Counted from the first letter of the stretch, positions 27,732 to 37,157 are shown. The stretch: DNA of 64,000 nt from Pyrinomonadaceae bacterium (GCA_036387135.1 DASVUH010000007.1:2105-66104), one strand, 5' to 3'. The notes: a model not told the origin generated them from the sequence alone. Program-made: numbers and translations.

Positions 27732-28709
27732 TTAGCTTTCCTCCTCATCTCGTTCGTTTGATTGAGAATCGGTAATTTGCGCGAAGAAAACGTCTTCCAA
27801 ATCCGGTTCGACCGCGCGAAAACCGTCGCCGGGCGCGATGGGACTAAAAATCCGAATAATCGGCTGACCGGCGACGAGCTTGCTCGAAATAATACGAAAC
27901 TGTTTTTGATAATCTTCGAGTTCGCCTTTGCCGATTTGTTTGCGCCAGATTTTGCCGGAGAGCGTTTCGAGCGCGGCGGCTGGCGCGCCCGCATACAAAA
28001 CCCTGCCGTTGTTGATAATCGCCATATTCGTGCAAAGCTCTTTTACGTCTTCAACGATGTGAGTGGAAAGAATGACGATCACGTTTTCGCCGATTTCCGC
28101 GAGCAAATTGTAAAACCGATTGCGTTCGCTCGGATCAAGCCCGGCTGTCGGCTCATCAACGATAATCAAGCGCGGATCGCCGATCAAAGCCTGCGCAATT
28201 CCGAATCGCTGTTTCATTCCGCCCGAAAAACCGCTCAGAGCTTTTTTGCGGTGCTGATAGAGATTAACGCGGTTGAGCAGAGCTTCGACAAGCTGTTTAC
28301 GCTCGGCACGGTCGCGCACCCCTTTTAAAAGCGCCAGATGATCGAGCATCTCGATTGCCGAAACTTTTTGATAGACGCCGAATTCCTGCGGCAGATAACC
28401 GAGGATTTTGCGAACTTCGTGTTTCTGCCGCAAAACATCCAAATCGCCCAAAACCGCCGAACCGCTGTCGGCATCTTGCAGCGTGGCAAGCGTTCGCATC
28501 AGAGTTGATTTTCCCGCGCCGTTTGGACCGAGCAAACCGAACATTCCCGTCGGAATCGTTAAAGAAACGTTGTCGAGCGCCTTAACGCCGTTCGAGTAGG
28601 TTTTCGAGAGATTCTCGATGTGAAGCTCCACCTTTAGTTTTCTCCTTGTTTGAATTTCGGAATGCGGAAAAACGCCAAGCTTATAACATATTTGACCGAA
28701 ACCGCGCAC
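27732..28709 (-). CDS. ABC transporter ATP-binding protein
   Basis: Walker A GPNGAGKST, signature LSGGMKQR and Walker B IIVDEPTAGLD. Confidence 0.9.
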   Translation of the reverse strand: MRGFGQICYKLGVFPHSEIQTRRKLKVELHIENLSKTYSNGVKALDNVSLTIPTGMFGLLGPNGAGKSTLMRTLATLQDADSGSAVLGDLDVLRQKHEVRKILGYLPQEFGVYQKVSAIEMLDHLALLKGVRDRAERKQLVEALLNRVNLYQHRKKALSGFSGGMKQRFGIAQALIGDPRLIIVDEPTAGLDPSERNRFYNLLAEIGENVIVILSTHIVEDVKELCTNMAIINNGRVLYAGAPAAALETLSGKIWRKQIGKGELEDYQKQFRIISSKLVAGQPIIRIFSPIAPGDGFRAVEPDLEDVFFAQITDSQSNERDEEES

Positions 28710-28743
28710 TTTATTTTTAACTTGAATTCAAAGTAATGAAAGT

Positions 28744-28866
28744 TGAACCGCCGAGACGCAAAGACGCAGAGAAAATTAAAGAAAAAAATGAGAAGAATTC
28801 GAGTGAAAAGAAGAAACCTCTCTTCTTTTCCTAAAAATCTCGGCGTCTCGGCGGTGAAAATTTTCT
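28744..28866. repeat. MITE-like intergenic repeat, copy B. Inverted termini ccgccgagacgc / gcgtctcggcgg with an A-rich core, ending ctcggcggtgaaaat.
   Basis: Shares its 5-prime flank and 3-prime end with copy A (17245..17344). Sits in the divergent promoter region between the ABC ATPase and the asparaginase-like gene. Confidence 0.75.
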
Positions 28867-28968
28867 TACCTCAAATTCACCTAATTTTTACGCTCCTCAG
28901 CCCACGAAGTTCGGTTTGATTCTGTTATAATTTGCCGTACATTTCCGAAGGATCTCAACAAGGTATTT

Positions 28969-30063
28969 ATGAGACAAACAATTTCGCTGATCTTAATTGG
29001 AGTTTTGATGATTTTGCCGTTAACAGCTTTCGGGCAAAAAAGCGCCGGACGCGAAGTGAAACAACTGCAATCGCCGCAAAACCCGCCGCTCGGAATCGTG
29101 ATTCACGGCGGCGCGGGCGTGATTACACGCGGGAGTTTGACGCCCGAACAGGAAAAAGAATATCGCGTCACGCTAGAACAAGCCGTTCTAGCGGGTTATA
29201 AAGTTTTGCAAGCTGGCGGAACAAGTCTCGACGCCGTCGAAGCCGCTGTGCGGATTATGGAAGATTCGCCGCTATTTAACGCCGGAAAAGGCGCGGTTTT
29301 TACCAGCGAAGGCACAAACGAGCTGGACGCTTCGATTATGGACGGCAAAACTCTAAAAGCCGGAGCGGTGGCGACTCTGAAACACATCAAAAATCCGATT
29401 TCGCTCGCACGGCTCGTAATGCAAAAATCGCCGCACGTAATGATGATCGGCGAAGGCGCGGAAAAATTCGCACGTGAAAACGGCGTGGAAACTGTTCCGC
29501 AAAGCTACTTTTTCACGCAGCGCCGGTTTGACGCTCTGAAGCGGATTCAGGAAGAAGAAAAGAAAAAAGCGGAAGCCGAAAAAGCGGGCAAAAAAGTTTC
29601 GCTTGTCGAATCAAAAAAAGACGAAAACCGTCACGGCACGGTAGGCGCGGTTGCGGTTGATAAATTCGGCAATCTCGCCGCCGCTACTTCCACCGGCGGA
29701 ATGACGAACAAAAAGTTCGGTCGCGTCGGCGACGCTCCGATTATCGGCGCGGGAACTTATGCCAACAACAATTCCTGCGCTGTGTCGGCAACCGGCTGGG
29801 GTGAATATTTTATTCGCCTGGGCGTCGCGCGCGACATCTCGGCGATAATGGAATATCAGGCAATGCCGATTCAACAAGCGGTTGACGCCGTGATTCAGCG
29901 AAAGCTGCCCGCGCTCGGCAAAATGGACAATGAAGATGCCGACGGCGGCGTGATTGCGATTGATAAATTCGGCAACATCGGCATTTCATTCAACAGCGAA
30001 GGAATGTACCGCGCTTATATTGATATGAACGGCAAACCGGTAGTGCAAATTTATAAGGATTAA
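28969..30063 (+). CDS. Isoaspartyl peptidase / L-asparaginase (Ntn-hydrolase), secreted
   Basis: HGTVGAVAVD autoprocessing Thr region and GGMTNKKFGRVGDAPIIGAGTYA motif. Signal peptide. Confidence 0.85.
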   Translation: MRQTISLILIGVLMILPLTAFGQKSAGREVKQLQSPQNPPLGIVIHGGAGVITRGSLTPEQEKEYRVTLEQAVLAGYKVLQAGGTSLDAVEAAVRIMEDSPLFNAGKGAVFTSEGTNELDASIMDGKTLKAGAVATLKHIKNPISLARLVMQKSPHVMMIGEGAEKFARENGVETVPQSYFFTQRRFDALKRIQEEEKKKAEAEKAGKKVSLVESKKDENRHGTVGAVAVDKFGNLAAATSTGGMTNKKFGRVGDAPIIGAGTYANNNSCAVSATGWGEYFIRLGVARDISAIMEYQAMPIQQAVDAVIQRKLPALGKMDNEDADGGVIAIDKFGNIGISFNSEGMYRAYIDMNGKPVVQIYKD

Positions 30064-30151
30064 AAAACTTGAAACCGGAAGGAAATGCTTGTCGTAATAG
30101 AAAACGACGGCAAAAGTTGCTTCCGTCAAGGACGCGCAAAAGGCGCAAAAG

Positions 30152-30865
30152 ATGTCAACAGTCATCTTCAGTCTTTCATTTTTAATCCTTCTGGCACTGA
30201 TTTATGCTGCTTCGCGCCGACGGCGCGAGCAGCATTCTTTTTTGCCCGAAGGCGAATCGCAAAATCAACTTCGTTCGCCGCGCGTCGCTGCTTTATTCGC
30301 TCCGACAGCACGCGATTTAGCGAAAATCGAACAGGAAAAACATCATCGTCAATACGCCGAGCAGCGCGAAAAACTTCTGACCTGGGCGACGCTCGTTGAT
30401 TTTTCCGCTTTAAATAACCGCCCGATTCTCCAAGACGAAAATCTTTTTGTAAAAAATTGGACAAAAAATTGGAATGAGGCGGTTGGAATCTTGACGGAAC
30501 GCGCCCGTTCGGAGGAAGATGTACGGCGGTTGGCGTCGTTTTGTCTTGATAACGAATTCAATGTAAACAATACTTTATTTAACGCTTTCCAAAAAATTTG
30601 GGCAGCCTCGCCCGACACGCGGACAACAACCGAAATGTTTCGACTCGCCGCAAAAACCGACGAAGCCGATACTTTTCTGGACGTTTTAACCGAAGCCGAA
30701 CAATCGGTTAAAAACGGCAAATTGTCCGAAATCTCAGCCGCCGAGCTTTACCGGCTTGCTGAAAGCCATTACTGGCTGCTGTCCCAATCGGCAAGAACTT
30801 CCGGCGCGGGTTTTCTAATCAAAGAGAAAATGGCGGATTTGCGCCGCGAATTAACACAGAACTAA
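30152..30865 (+). CDS. Hypothetical membrane-anchored protein upstream of the flotillin-like gene
   Basis: Single N-terminal TM followed by an RRRR stop-transfer. No recognisable domain. Confidence 0.45.
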   Translation: MSTVIFSLSFLILLALIYAASRRRREQHSFLPEGESQNQLRSPRVAALFAPTARDLAKIEQEKHHRQYAEQREKLLTWATLVDFSALNNRPILQDENLFVKNWTKNWNEAVGILTERARSEEDVRRLASFCLDNEFNVNNTLFNAFQKIWAASPDTRTTTEMFRLAAKTDEADTFLDVLTEAEQSVKNGKLSEISAAELYRLAESHYWLLSQSARTSGAGFLIKEKMADLRRELTQN

Positions 30866-30892
30866 AGTCCGCAGAAATTAGAGGAAAATAAA

Positions 30893-33109
30893 ATGGAATC
30901 TCAAATTCCTTATGTCGTTTTGGGCGTTGTTGCGCTCATCGTTTTGGGTTTTTTGTGGTACATCGTCACGCGCTTTCTGGTCAACGTCGGCGCGGAAGAA
31001 GTGGCGATTAAAGAACGCCGTTATTTCGGCAGAAGAATGCCGCAAGGTCGCGTTGTCGCTACCGAAGGCGAAGTCGGAATTCAAGCCGACGTTTTAAAAC
31101 CCGGTTTGCACTTTGTCATTTACCCGATTGAGCGCGTGATTCGCAAAGTGCCGCTCGTTGAAATCGGCGCGGACGAAATGGGCGTGATTGACGCGGTGGA
31201 CGGCGAACCGATGCAAACCGGCTCGATTTTCGCGCCCGACCGGGCGCAAAACGCGCACAACAATTTCCAGGACCCGATTGCTTTTATCAAACAAGGCGGC
31301 GTTAAAGGCATCCAGCTTCGTACGCTTCCGCCCGGAAAATGGGCGATTCACCCGTTTTTGTTCCGCGTTTCGATTGCCAAAGCGACCGTCGTTCCACCCG
31401 GAAAAATCGGCGTCGTCACGAGCGCCGACGGCGCGCAGCTCGAAGCCGGACGACTTCACGGCAGCGCGATTCAGGGACACAAAAATTTTCAGGATGCCGA
31501 GAGTTTTGTTTATAACGGCGGTCAAAAAGGACCGCAGGTCGAAACTTTGACGCCCGGAACCTACCGCATTCACACCGCTTCGGTTGCGATTGACGGGAGC
31601 AACGAGCAAAAACCCGGACTTTTTTACGTGCGACTTTACGACGCAACCGTAGTTTCCGAAAACCAAATCGCTCTGGTGGAAGCTCTCGACGGCGCGCCGC
31701 TCGACCCCCGCGATTATGTCGCGCAAGCGGTCACCGGACACGACAATTTTCAAGACTCGAACACTTTTATTGCGGGCGGAGGACAGCGCGGACCGCAAAA
31801 GGACATTCTGCTTCCCGGTACTTATTACATCAATCCGCTGATGTTTAAAATAATTCCCGAACAGGCGAAAGAAGTAAAACCCGGCGAAGTCGCCGTAATC
31901 GTCTCGAACGTCGGCAAAGACCCCGGCGAAGAAATTCGGCAGGCGATGGCGCGGAAAGTGCGCGAAAGATTGGAGCGCGAAGAACAGGAACAAATCACAC
32001 GCGCCGCCCAGCAATTGGACAAAGTTGACGGCGAATCGGTTTCGATTGAAGAAATCAAAGCCGAATTGCAGGCTGACGGCGATCCGGCGGACAAACGGCT
32101 CGATGGCGGAGCGCACGAGGCTTATGTCGTGCCGGAAGGTTTTCGCGGAATTCAGGAAGCGGTCGTCGGACCGGGACGTTACTACATCAACACTCTGGCG
32201 GTTTCGCCGATTATTATTCCGACGACGAATATGACGGTTGAATGGACGGCGGAAGATGTTGCGCAATCGTTCGATCCGTTTGCCGTGATTTCCAAAGACG
32301 GTTTTACGATGCAGCTCGAAGTCCGCGTCGTCTTTCGCGTCAAACCCGAAGACGCGCCGTTTATGGTCGCGAAAATCGGGAACACCGATAAATTGGTGCA
32401 AAATGTAATGCACCCGCTGATTGACTCGATTTTTAGAAATCAGGCGTCGGAATCGTCGGCAATGGCGTATCTGCAAAACCGCCATGAGGAACAGGAGCGC
32501 GCCGAAGCCCGCGTCCGAATGCATCTTTTGAAATATCACGTTGATGTCGTCAACGTCTTAATTTGCCACATTCATCTGCCTGAAGAATTGATGAAAACGC
32601 AAACCGAAAAAATTCTCGCCGAGCAGCGCCAAAATATGTATAACGCGCAGCGCGAAGCCGAGGTTAAACGCATCGAACTGGAAAAAACCAGCTCGCAAGC
32701 CAACAATCAAAAGAGCTTGATGGAAGCGACGGTCGGCGTCGAGATTGCCGGAAAACGTTCGGAACAGCGCAAAAAAGAAGCCGAAGGCGAAGCGTATTAC
32801 ATTTCGGAAACCGGCAAAGCCGAAGCCGAAAAAGTGCGCCTGATGGGCGAAGCGCAAGGCGTCGCCTATGCCGAACAAGTCAACGCGCTCGGCGCAAACG
32901 GCGTCGCGCTCGTCGAAACTTTAAAAGTCATCGGCGAAAAAGGCGTCCGTATCACGCCTGACATTCTGGCTTCGGGCGGAAATGGAAGCGGTGACGGCGG
33001 CATCGGCAGTTTGCTGCTGCTCAATCTTTTCCGCGACCAGATGAACAAAAATGGCAGCGGAAACAATAATGCCGCGCCAAATACTGTCCCGACAAACGGG
33101 GCGAAGTAA
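30893..33109 (+). CDS. Flotillin-like SPFH/Band-7 family protein with five tandem ~90-aa N-terminal repeats and a C-terminal coiled-coil flotillin region
   Basis: N-terminal TM. Repeated G[IP]Q..L.PG...I.P modules x5. C-terminal AQREAEVKRIELEK..EAEKVRLMGEAQGVAYAEQV typical of the flotillin C-terminus. Confidence 0.65.
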   Translation: MESQIPYVVLGVVALIVLGFLWYIVTRFLVNVGAEEVAIKERRYFGRRMPQGRVVATEGEVGIQADVLKPGLHFVIYPIERVIRKVPLVEIGADEMGVIDAVDGEPMQTGSIFAPDRAQNAHNNFQDPIAFIKQGGVKGIQLRTLPPGKWAIHPFLFRVSIAKATVVPPGKIGVVTSADGAQLEAGRLHGSAIQGHKNFQDAESFVYNGGQKGPQVETLTPGTYRIHTASVAIDGSNEQKPGLFYVRLYDATVVSENQIALVEALDGAPLDPRDYVAQAVTGHDNFQDSNTFIAGGGQRGPQKDILLPGTYYINPLMFKIIPEQAKEVKPGEVAVIVSNVGKDPGEEIRQAMARKVRERLEREEQEQITRAAQQLDKVDGESVSIEEIKAELQADGDPADKRLDGGAHEAYVVPEGFRGIQEAVVGPGRYYINTLAVSPIIIPTTNMTVEWTAEDVAQSFDPFAVISKDGFTMQLEVRVVFRVKPEDAPFMVAKIGNTDKLVQNVMHPLIDSIFRNQASESSAMAYLQNRHEEQERAEARVRMHLLKYHVDVVNVLICHIHLPEELMKTQTEKILAEQRQNMYNAQREAEVKRIELEKTSSQANNQKSLMEATVGVEIAGKRSEQRKKEAEGEAYYISETGKAEAEKVRLMGEAQGVAYAEQVNALGANGVALVETLKVIGEKGVRITPDILASGGNGSGDGGIGSLLLLNLFRDQMNKNGSGNNNAAPNTVPTNGAK

Positions 33110-33231
33110 TCTAAATTCGCTTTATGAAGAAAATGGCTGCTCAGGAAATGGGCAGCCATAATTTATTCAAAAACAAAATCGAAATTTATTATTGCGGCGG
33201 GGTTCTTTTCTCGGAGGCTTCACAATTCAAT

Positions 33232-33276
33232 AAAATCAAGGCTACCCGAAAACGAGCAGCCTTGATTTTATTTTAC
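33232..33276 (+). terminator. Rho-independent terminator after the flotillin-like gene
   Basis: 12-bp perfect stem aaaatcaaggct / agccttgatttt with a 14-nt loop, followed by attttacc T-rich tail. Confidence 0.55.
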
Positions 33277-33325
33277 CGTAAAGTTATAAACCTTAGCTTT
33301 AAAACAGAATTTTTGTCAGAAAATT

Positions 33326-33997
33326 ATGATTCCAGAAATTCCGAAGGGTTGGCGCGAGCGTTTGCAGCCGGAGCGCGAAAAGCCTTATTTTGCGAAATTG
33401 GAAGAGTTTGTCGAGCAGGAACAGCATGAACATACCATTTTCCCGCCCGCCGAAAAGATTTTTACTGCCCTTAGTTTAACGCCTTACGAAAAAGTGAAAG
33501 TTGTGATTCTCGGACAAGACCCGTATATCAGAAAAGGTCAGGCTCACGGATTGAGCTTTTCGGTTGAAGACAAAAGCCAGACTGTTCCGCCTTCGCTCAG
33601 GAATATCTATCGCGAATTAAAGGATGATTTGGGTGTCGAGCCACCTAATCACGCGAATTTAACAACCTGGTCAAAGCAAGGCGTGTTGATGCTCAATGTC
33701 GTTTTGACCGTCCGCGAAGGAGTTTCCAATTCGCACAAAAACAAAGGATGGGAAAAGTTTACCGACGAAATTATCCGGCAAATCAATGAGAAAGATGAAA
33801 CTGTGGTTTTCGTTTTGTGGGGAAAACCGGCTCAAAAGAAAATTGAGTTGATTGACGAAACCAAACACAAAATCGTCAAGGGCGCGCATCCTTCACCGCT
33901 TGCCACAGGCTTTTTGGGCAGCCGACCTTTTTCACAAATCAACGAAGCACTGAGAAAAGCCAAACGGGGAGAAATTGACTGGCAAATTCCCGAATAA
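33326..33997 (+). CDS. ung: Uracil-DNA glycosylase family 1 (UNG) with a non-canonical water-activating loop
   Basis: GQDPYIRKGQAHGLSFSV (canonical is GQDPYHGPNQAHGL) and a C-terminal HPSPLA motif. 223 aa. Confidence 0.85.
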   Translation: MIPEIPKGWRERLQPEREKPYFAKLEEFVEQEQHEHTIFPPAEKIFTALSLTPYEKVKVVILGQDPYIRKGQAHGLSFSVEDKSQTVPPSLRNIYRELKDDLGVEPPNHANLTTWSKQGVLMLNVVLTVREGVSNSHKNKGWEKFTDEIIRQINEKDETVVFVLWGKPAQKKIELIDETKHKIVKGAHPSPLATGFLGSRPFSQINEALRKAKRGEIDWQIPE

Positions 33998-34000
33998 TAT

Positions 34001-35170
34001 TTATTCGTTTTCGGTCACAGGAACAGCGGTCGAAACGGAGCTTTTTGAACGATTTGCCAACCAGCCGCGAAAACGCCGGAACGCTAGCGAAAGTCCGGTA
34101 TAAACGAGCAAACTTCCTCCTAAACACGCGATAAAAGCGATGATTTGCCCGACGATTCCAAACGATTCGCCCGTGTGCGTAAAACGCATCCACGAGCGAA
34201 GCTGCCGCCCTGAGTTTTGTTCGCCGTAAGATTCCCATTTGACGGTTTCAGCCGTGTTTGCATTTAGCGTCAGCGTCGAACGCCCGAATTTGTTCAAATA
34301 TTTGCCTTCGTCAATCGTGAAAATCGCGTTTTCGCCAATCGGAAAACGCAGCGCGATTGATTTCCAACCGGGCGACTGCTGTTCTGCGCGTGAAAACAGG
34401 GAAGATACGTTTGCCGGAACTACGAAAGGCGCATTGCCGTTTGATTGTTGCTGCGGCGCAGGCTGCTGAGGCGCGGGCGGCGCGTTGCCCGTTGCGTAAT
34501 AAACCAGATTGCTCGCCCATTGATACGAAATAACAGCCGCCGTCGCCGTCAAAATAATTAAAACGAGCGATGTCCAGATTCCGGCGACATTGTGCCAATT
34601 GAAATCGCGCGCTTTTCCTTTTTGATCGAAACGAAACGTGCCGACCGCTTTGACGTTTTTCCGGCTCCATTTGCGCGGCATCCAGAGATAAATTCCGGTA
34701 ATCGCCAAAACCAGAAACGCCAGATTGCAAGCGCCCGTGATTCCTTTGCCAATCGCGCGATTTTCGCCCGAAGCGCCGAGCCAGCGATGCCAATCGGTGA
34801 CGAATTGGAAAAACGCTCGCGCCGGTTTTGAATTTTCGCCCGTAATCTCGCCGTTGTAAGGATTGACGTACAAAGTTCCTTCGCGTCCGAGCGCGAGCGC
34901 TACGGCTTCGCCGGATTCGGATTTAATCGTCAGATTTGTCGGCTTGATTTCCGGTTTCACGGTTTGAATCCGCGTGAGAAGCGTGTTCACATCCAGCCGT
35001 ACGGCGTTTTCGGAAATTTGAATCGTCCGCGCGTCGCGTTCGACAAACGCTTCGATTTGCGGCTGAAACGCCAGAAGCGCGCCGGTTACCGACATAATCA
35101 AAATCACGATTCCGGCAAAAACGCCCGCCGTCAAGTGAAGCCAAAAAATAATTTTGCGAAAAATTTTCAT
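34001..35170 (-). CDS. PepSY-associated TM helix domain protein (PiuB-like)
   Basis: N-terminus FWLHLTAGVFAGIVILIMSVTGALLAF and repeated TM segments characteristic of the PepSY_TM family. Confidence 0.75.
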   Translation of the reverse strand: MKIFRKIIFWLHLTAGVFAGIVILIMSVTGALLAFQPQIEAFVERDARTIQISENAVRLDVNTLLTRIQTVKPEIKPTNLTIKSESGEAVALALGREGTLYVNPYNGEITGENSKPARAFFQFVTDWHRWLGASGENRAIGKGITGACNLAFLVLAITGIYLWMPRKWSRKNVKAVGTFRFDQKGKARDFNWHNVAGIWTSLVLIILTATAAVISYQWASNLVYYATGNAPPAPQQPAPQQQSNGNAPFVVPANVSSLFSRAEQQSPGWKSIALRFPIGENAIFTIDEGKYLNKFGRSTLTLNANTAETVKWESYGEQNSGRQLRSWMRFTHTGESFGIVGQIIAFIACLGGSLLVYTGLSLAFRRFRGWLANRSKSSVSTAVPVTENE

Positions 35171-35397
35171 CAGTTTTATAAATCCGTTTATGAAAAAGCC
35201 TTTAGCAAATCAGCAGGCTAAAGGTTTTAAAATAAAATGAAAGTGAAAATCAGTTTCATTAAGACTATATTTGGCGGTTTCGGCGATGTCAAACTTTTGA
35301 TTGTGAAGAAATGTTGAAAAGCCCTGATTATCGCGACGGTTTGCTTGTTTGGCGGGCGTTTTTCCGGCGTGTTACGATAAATGATTGCATTAATTAA

Positions 35398-36672
35398 ATG
35401 AACGAAAATATAAAGAAAACAAGATTAGAAAACGGTCTCACAATTTTGACGGAAAAAATGCCGGGCGTGCGTTCGGCGACAATCGGATTTTGGGTAAAAA
35501 GCGGTTCGCGTCATGAACCGGAACATTTAAACGGAATCTGCCATTTCATCGAACACTCGGTTTTTAAAGGAACTGCGAAGCGTTCGGCTCTCGATATTGC
35601 GGTTGAATCCGACAAACTCGGCGGAAATTTCGACGCTTTTACCTCGCACGAAATCACGGGTTTTACGATGAAAATCGTTGACAAATGCGTCCCGCAGGCT
35701 TTTGATCTTTTGGCGGATATGCTGGCGAATCCGCGTTTTGACGAGAAGGAATTAAAACGCGAGCAAAAGGTCATCATCGAAGAAATGAAAATGGTCGAAG
35801 ACACGCCCGAAGAATACCTGGGCGAGCTTTTCAACCGCGCATTTTTCCCCGCTCATCCATTAGGCTTGCCGATTGAAGGCACGCGCGAAACCGTTAAAAC
35901 CTTCGGTCACCGAACAACCGCCGAATTTCACGCCGCAGTTTTCGCGCCGTCAAACATCGTTATTGCAGCAGCCGGAAATCTCGAACACTCGCAACTGGTC
36001 GGATTAGCCGAAAAATCTTTCGGAAAAACAACGAACGACGAACAACGAACGACGAACAACGAACAACCGCAATTGGCAGCGCCAATCTTGCTCAAGAAAA
36101 AGCGCGAATTGGAACAAACGCATCTTATTATCGCCACGCCTTTTGTGCCGTCAAACAGCCCGCAGCGTTATGCGGCGAATCTTTTGACAAATATTTTGGG
36201 CGGCGGAACGGCGTCTCGTTTGTGGCAATCCGTCCGCGAACAACGCGGTCTGGCATATTCGGTCGGGGCAAGCGCGATTGCGTTTCAGGATTGCGGCATT
36301 TTTTCGGTTTATGCCGGGACTTCGCCAAAACATCTCGATCAGGTTGTTGATTTGTCAATCGCCGAAATGCGCCGCATCGTGCGCAAGGGGGTTTCAGCGG
36401 AAGAACTCGAACTTGTTAAAGAACAAGGCGTGGCTTCAATCCTGCTCGGTTTAGAGTCAACCAGCGTGCGAGCGGGAACTCTGGCGCGTCAGGAAATCGT
36501 TCACGGCAAAACGATTCCGATTGAGGAAACTCTGGCAAACATCGAAGCCGTCACGCCCGACGACATTCAAGCCGTTGCGCGAGAGTTTTTCCAAACCGAA
36601 CAAATCGCTCTCGCCGCGCTTGGCAATCTCAACGGGTTTAAGATAGAACGTTCACGGTTGAGCGTTTCTTAA
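35398..36672 (+). CDS. M16 family (insulinase/pitrilysin-like) zinc peptidase. Contains an in-frame heptamer-repeat insertion.
   Basis: Inverted zinc motif HFIEHSVFKGT (HxxEH) and a downstream EE. 424 aa. Confidence 0.85.
   Translation: MNENIKKTRLENGLTILTEKMPGVRSATIGFWVKSGSRHEPEHLNGICHFIEHSVFKGTAKRSALDIAVESDKLGGNFDAFTSHEITGFTMKIVDKCVPQAFDLLADMLANPRFDEKELKREQKVIIEEMKMVEDTPEEYLGELFNRAFFPAHPLGLPIEGTRETVKTFGHRTTAEFHAAVFAPSNIVIAAAGNLEHSQLVGLAEKSFGKTTNDEQRTTNNEQPQLAAPILLKKKRELEQTHLIIATPFVPSNSPQRYAANLLTNILGGGTASRLWQSVREQRGLAYSVGASAIAFQDCGIFSVYAGTSPKHLDQVVDLSIAEMRRIVRKGVSAEELELVKEQGVASILLGLESTSVRAGTLARQEIVHGKTIPIEETLANIEAVTPDDIQAVAREFFQTEQIALAALGNLNGFKIERSRLSVS
36028..36067. repeat. (CRACGAA)n heptanucleotide tandem repeat, ~5.5 copies, in-frame in the M16 peptidase gene (encodes TTNDEQRTTNNEQ)
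   Basis: Read directly. Same repeat unit as in the crtB-like gene at 23475..23507. Confidence 0.9.
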
Positions 36673-36675
36673 TTT

Positions 36676-36722
36676 ATGAAATTCACGGTTCTCGGCAGCG
36701 GTTCGACCGGAAATGCGGTTTT
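36676..36722. repeat. 47-bp direct repeat, copy 1: a duplicate of the first 47 nt of the MBL-fold gene. Left boundary of the vapBC insertion.
   Basis: atgaaattcacggttctcggcagcggttcgaccggaaatgcggtttt is identical to 37428-37474. It encodes an 18-aa remnant MKFTVLGSGSTGNAVLRL. Confidence 0.85.
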
Positions 36723-37152
36723 AAGATTGTAATGGATTGATTGTTTTCAAACCCGAAAAGCGGCTAAAATCGCTGTCCGTCGTTATGAGAACGGCATTAT
36801 GTTCGATAGCGAGCGCGGCGAGATGCGCATCCATAATCATTGCGGCTTTAATTTGTCAGACGGTTATCAGATTTTTGAAAATCGTCCAATGGCTTTCAGC
36901 GGGCAGCAGTATTCGCGCATTCGGAACTTCAAGCCAATCGCTCACAATTTCAGTGGCTTGAGTTGGAGTCAAAGGATTAGGAAATGCCCGCGCATTTGTC
37001 GAAATGCGTAGAAATGCCGTAATTGTTTGCCAGCCGAAACCGACCAAATCCGTACCGGAGAGTTGATTTTCGAGCCATTCGCGGCATTTTTCGTGTTCGG
37101 CGGCATCAGAATTATAGGCGTAAAGCAAAATGTTGGCATCGGGCAAATTCAT
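36721..37152 (-). pseudogene. vapC: vapC-like PIN-domain toxin gene with an in-frame TGA (plus coordinates 36856-36858) after codon 98. The C-terminal PIN segment containing the last conserved Asp is encoded beyond the stop.
   Basis: N-terminus MNLPDANILLYA (PIN Asp). The same frame continues after TGA as QIKAAMIMDAHLAALAIEHNAVLITTDSDFSRFSGLKTINPLQS*, the canonical PIN C-terminal motif. Confidence 0.6.
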
Positions 37153-37157
37153 TCGGT

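Noticed and set aside
31094-32539. Long antisense ORFs: 481 aa inside the flotillin-like gene, and similar ones at 12391-12939, 13204-13794, 17917-18372, 24609-25262 and 26667-27197
   Set aside because: These are shadow ORFs on the strand opposite to well-supported genes. Their translations are Arg/Phe-rich, low-complexity and without motifs, as is typical in GC-biased coding regions.
36737-37011. Plus-strand ORFs 36737-36961 and 36799-37011 within the vapBC insert
   Set aside because: They overlap the vapC frame on the opposite strand, which includes the conserved PIN C-terminal motif. No features support them.
14908-37152. Alternative genetic code (stop-codon reassignment), suggested by two genes with in-frame stops
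   Set aside because: The two internal stops are different codons (TAA and TGA). Nearly all other ORFs in the window terminate normally on TAA, TGA and TAG with good homology up to their ends. Point mutations or pseudogenes are more parsimonious.
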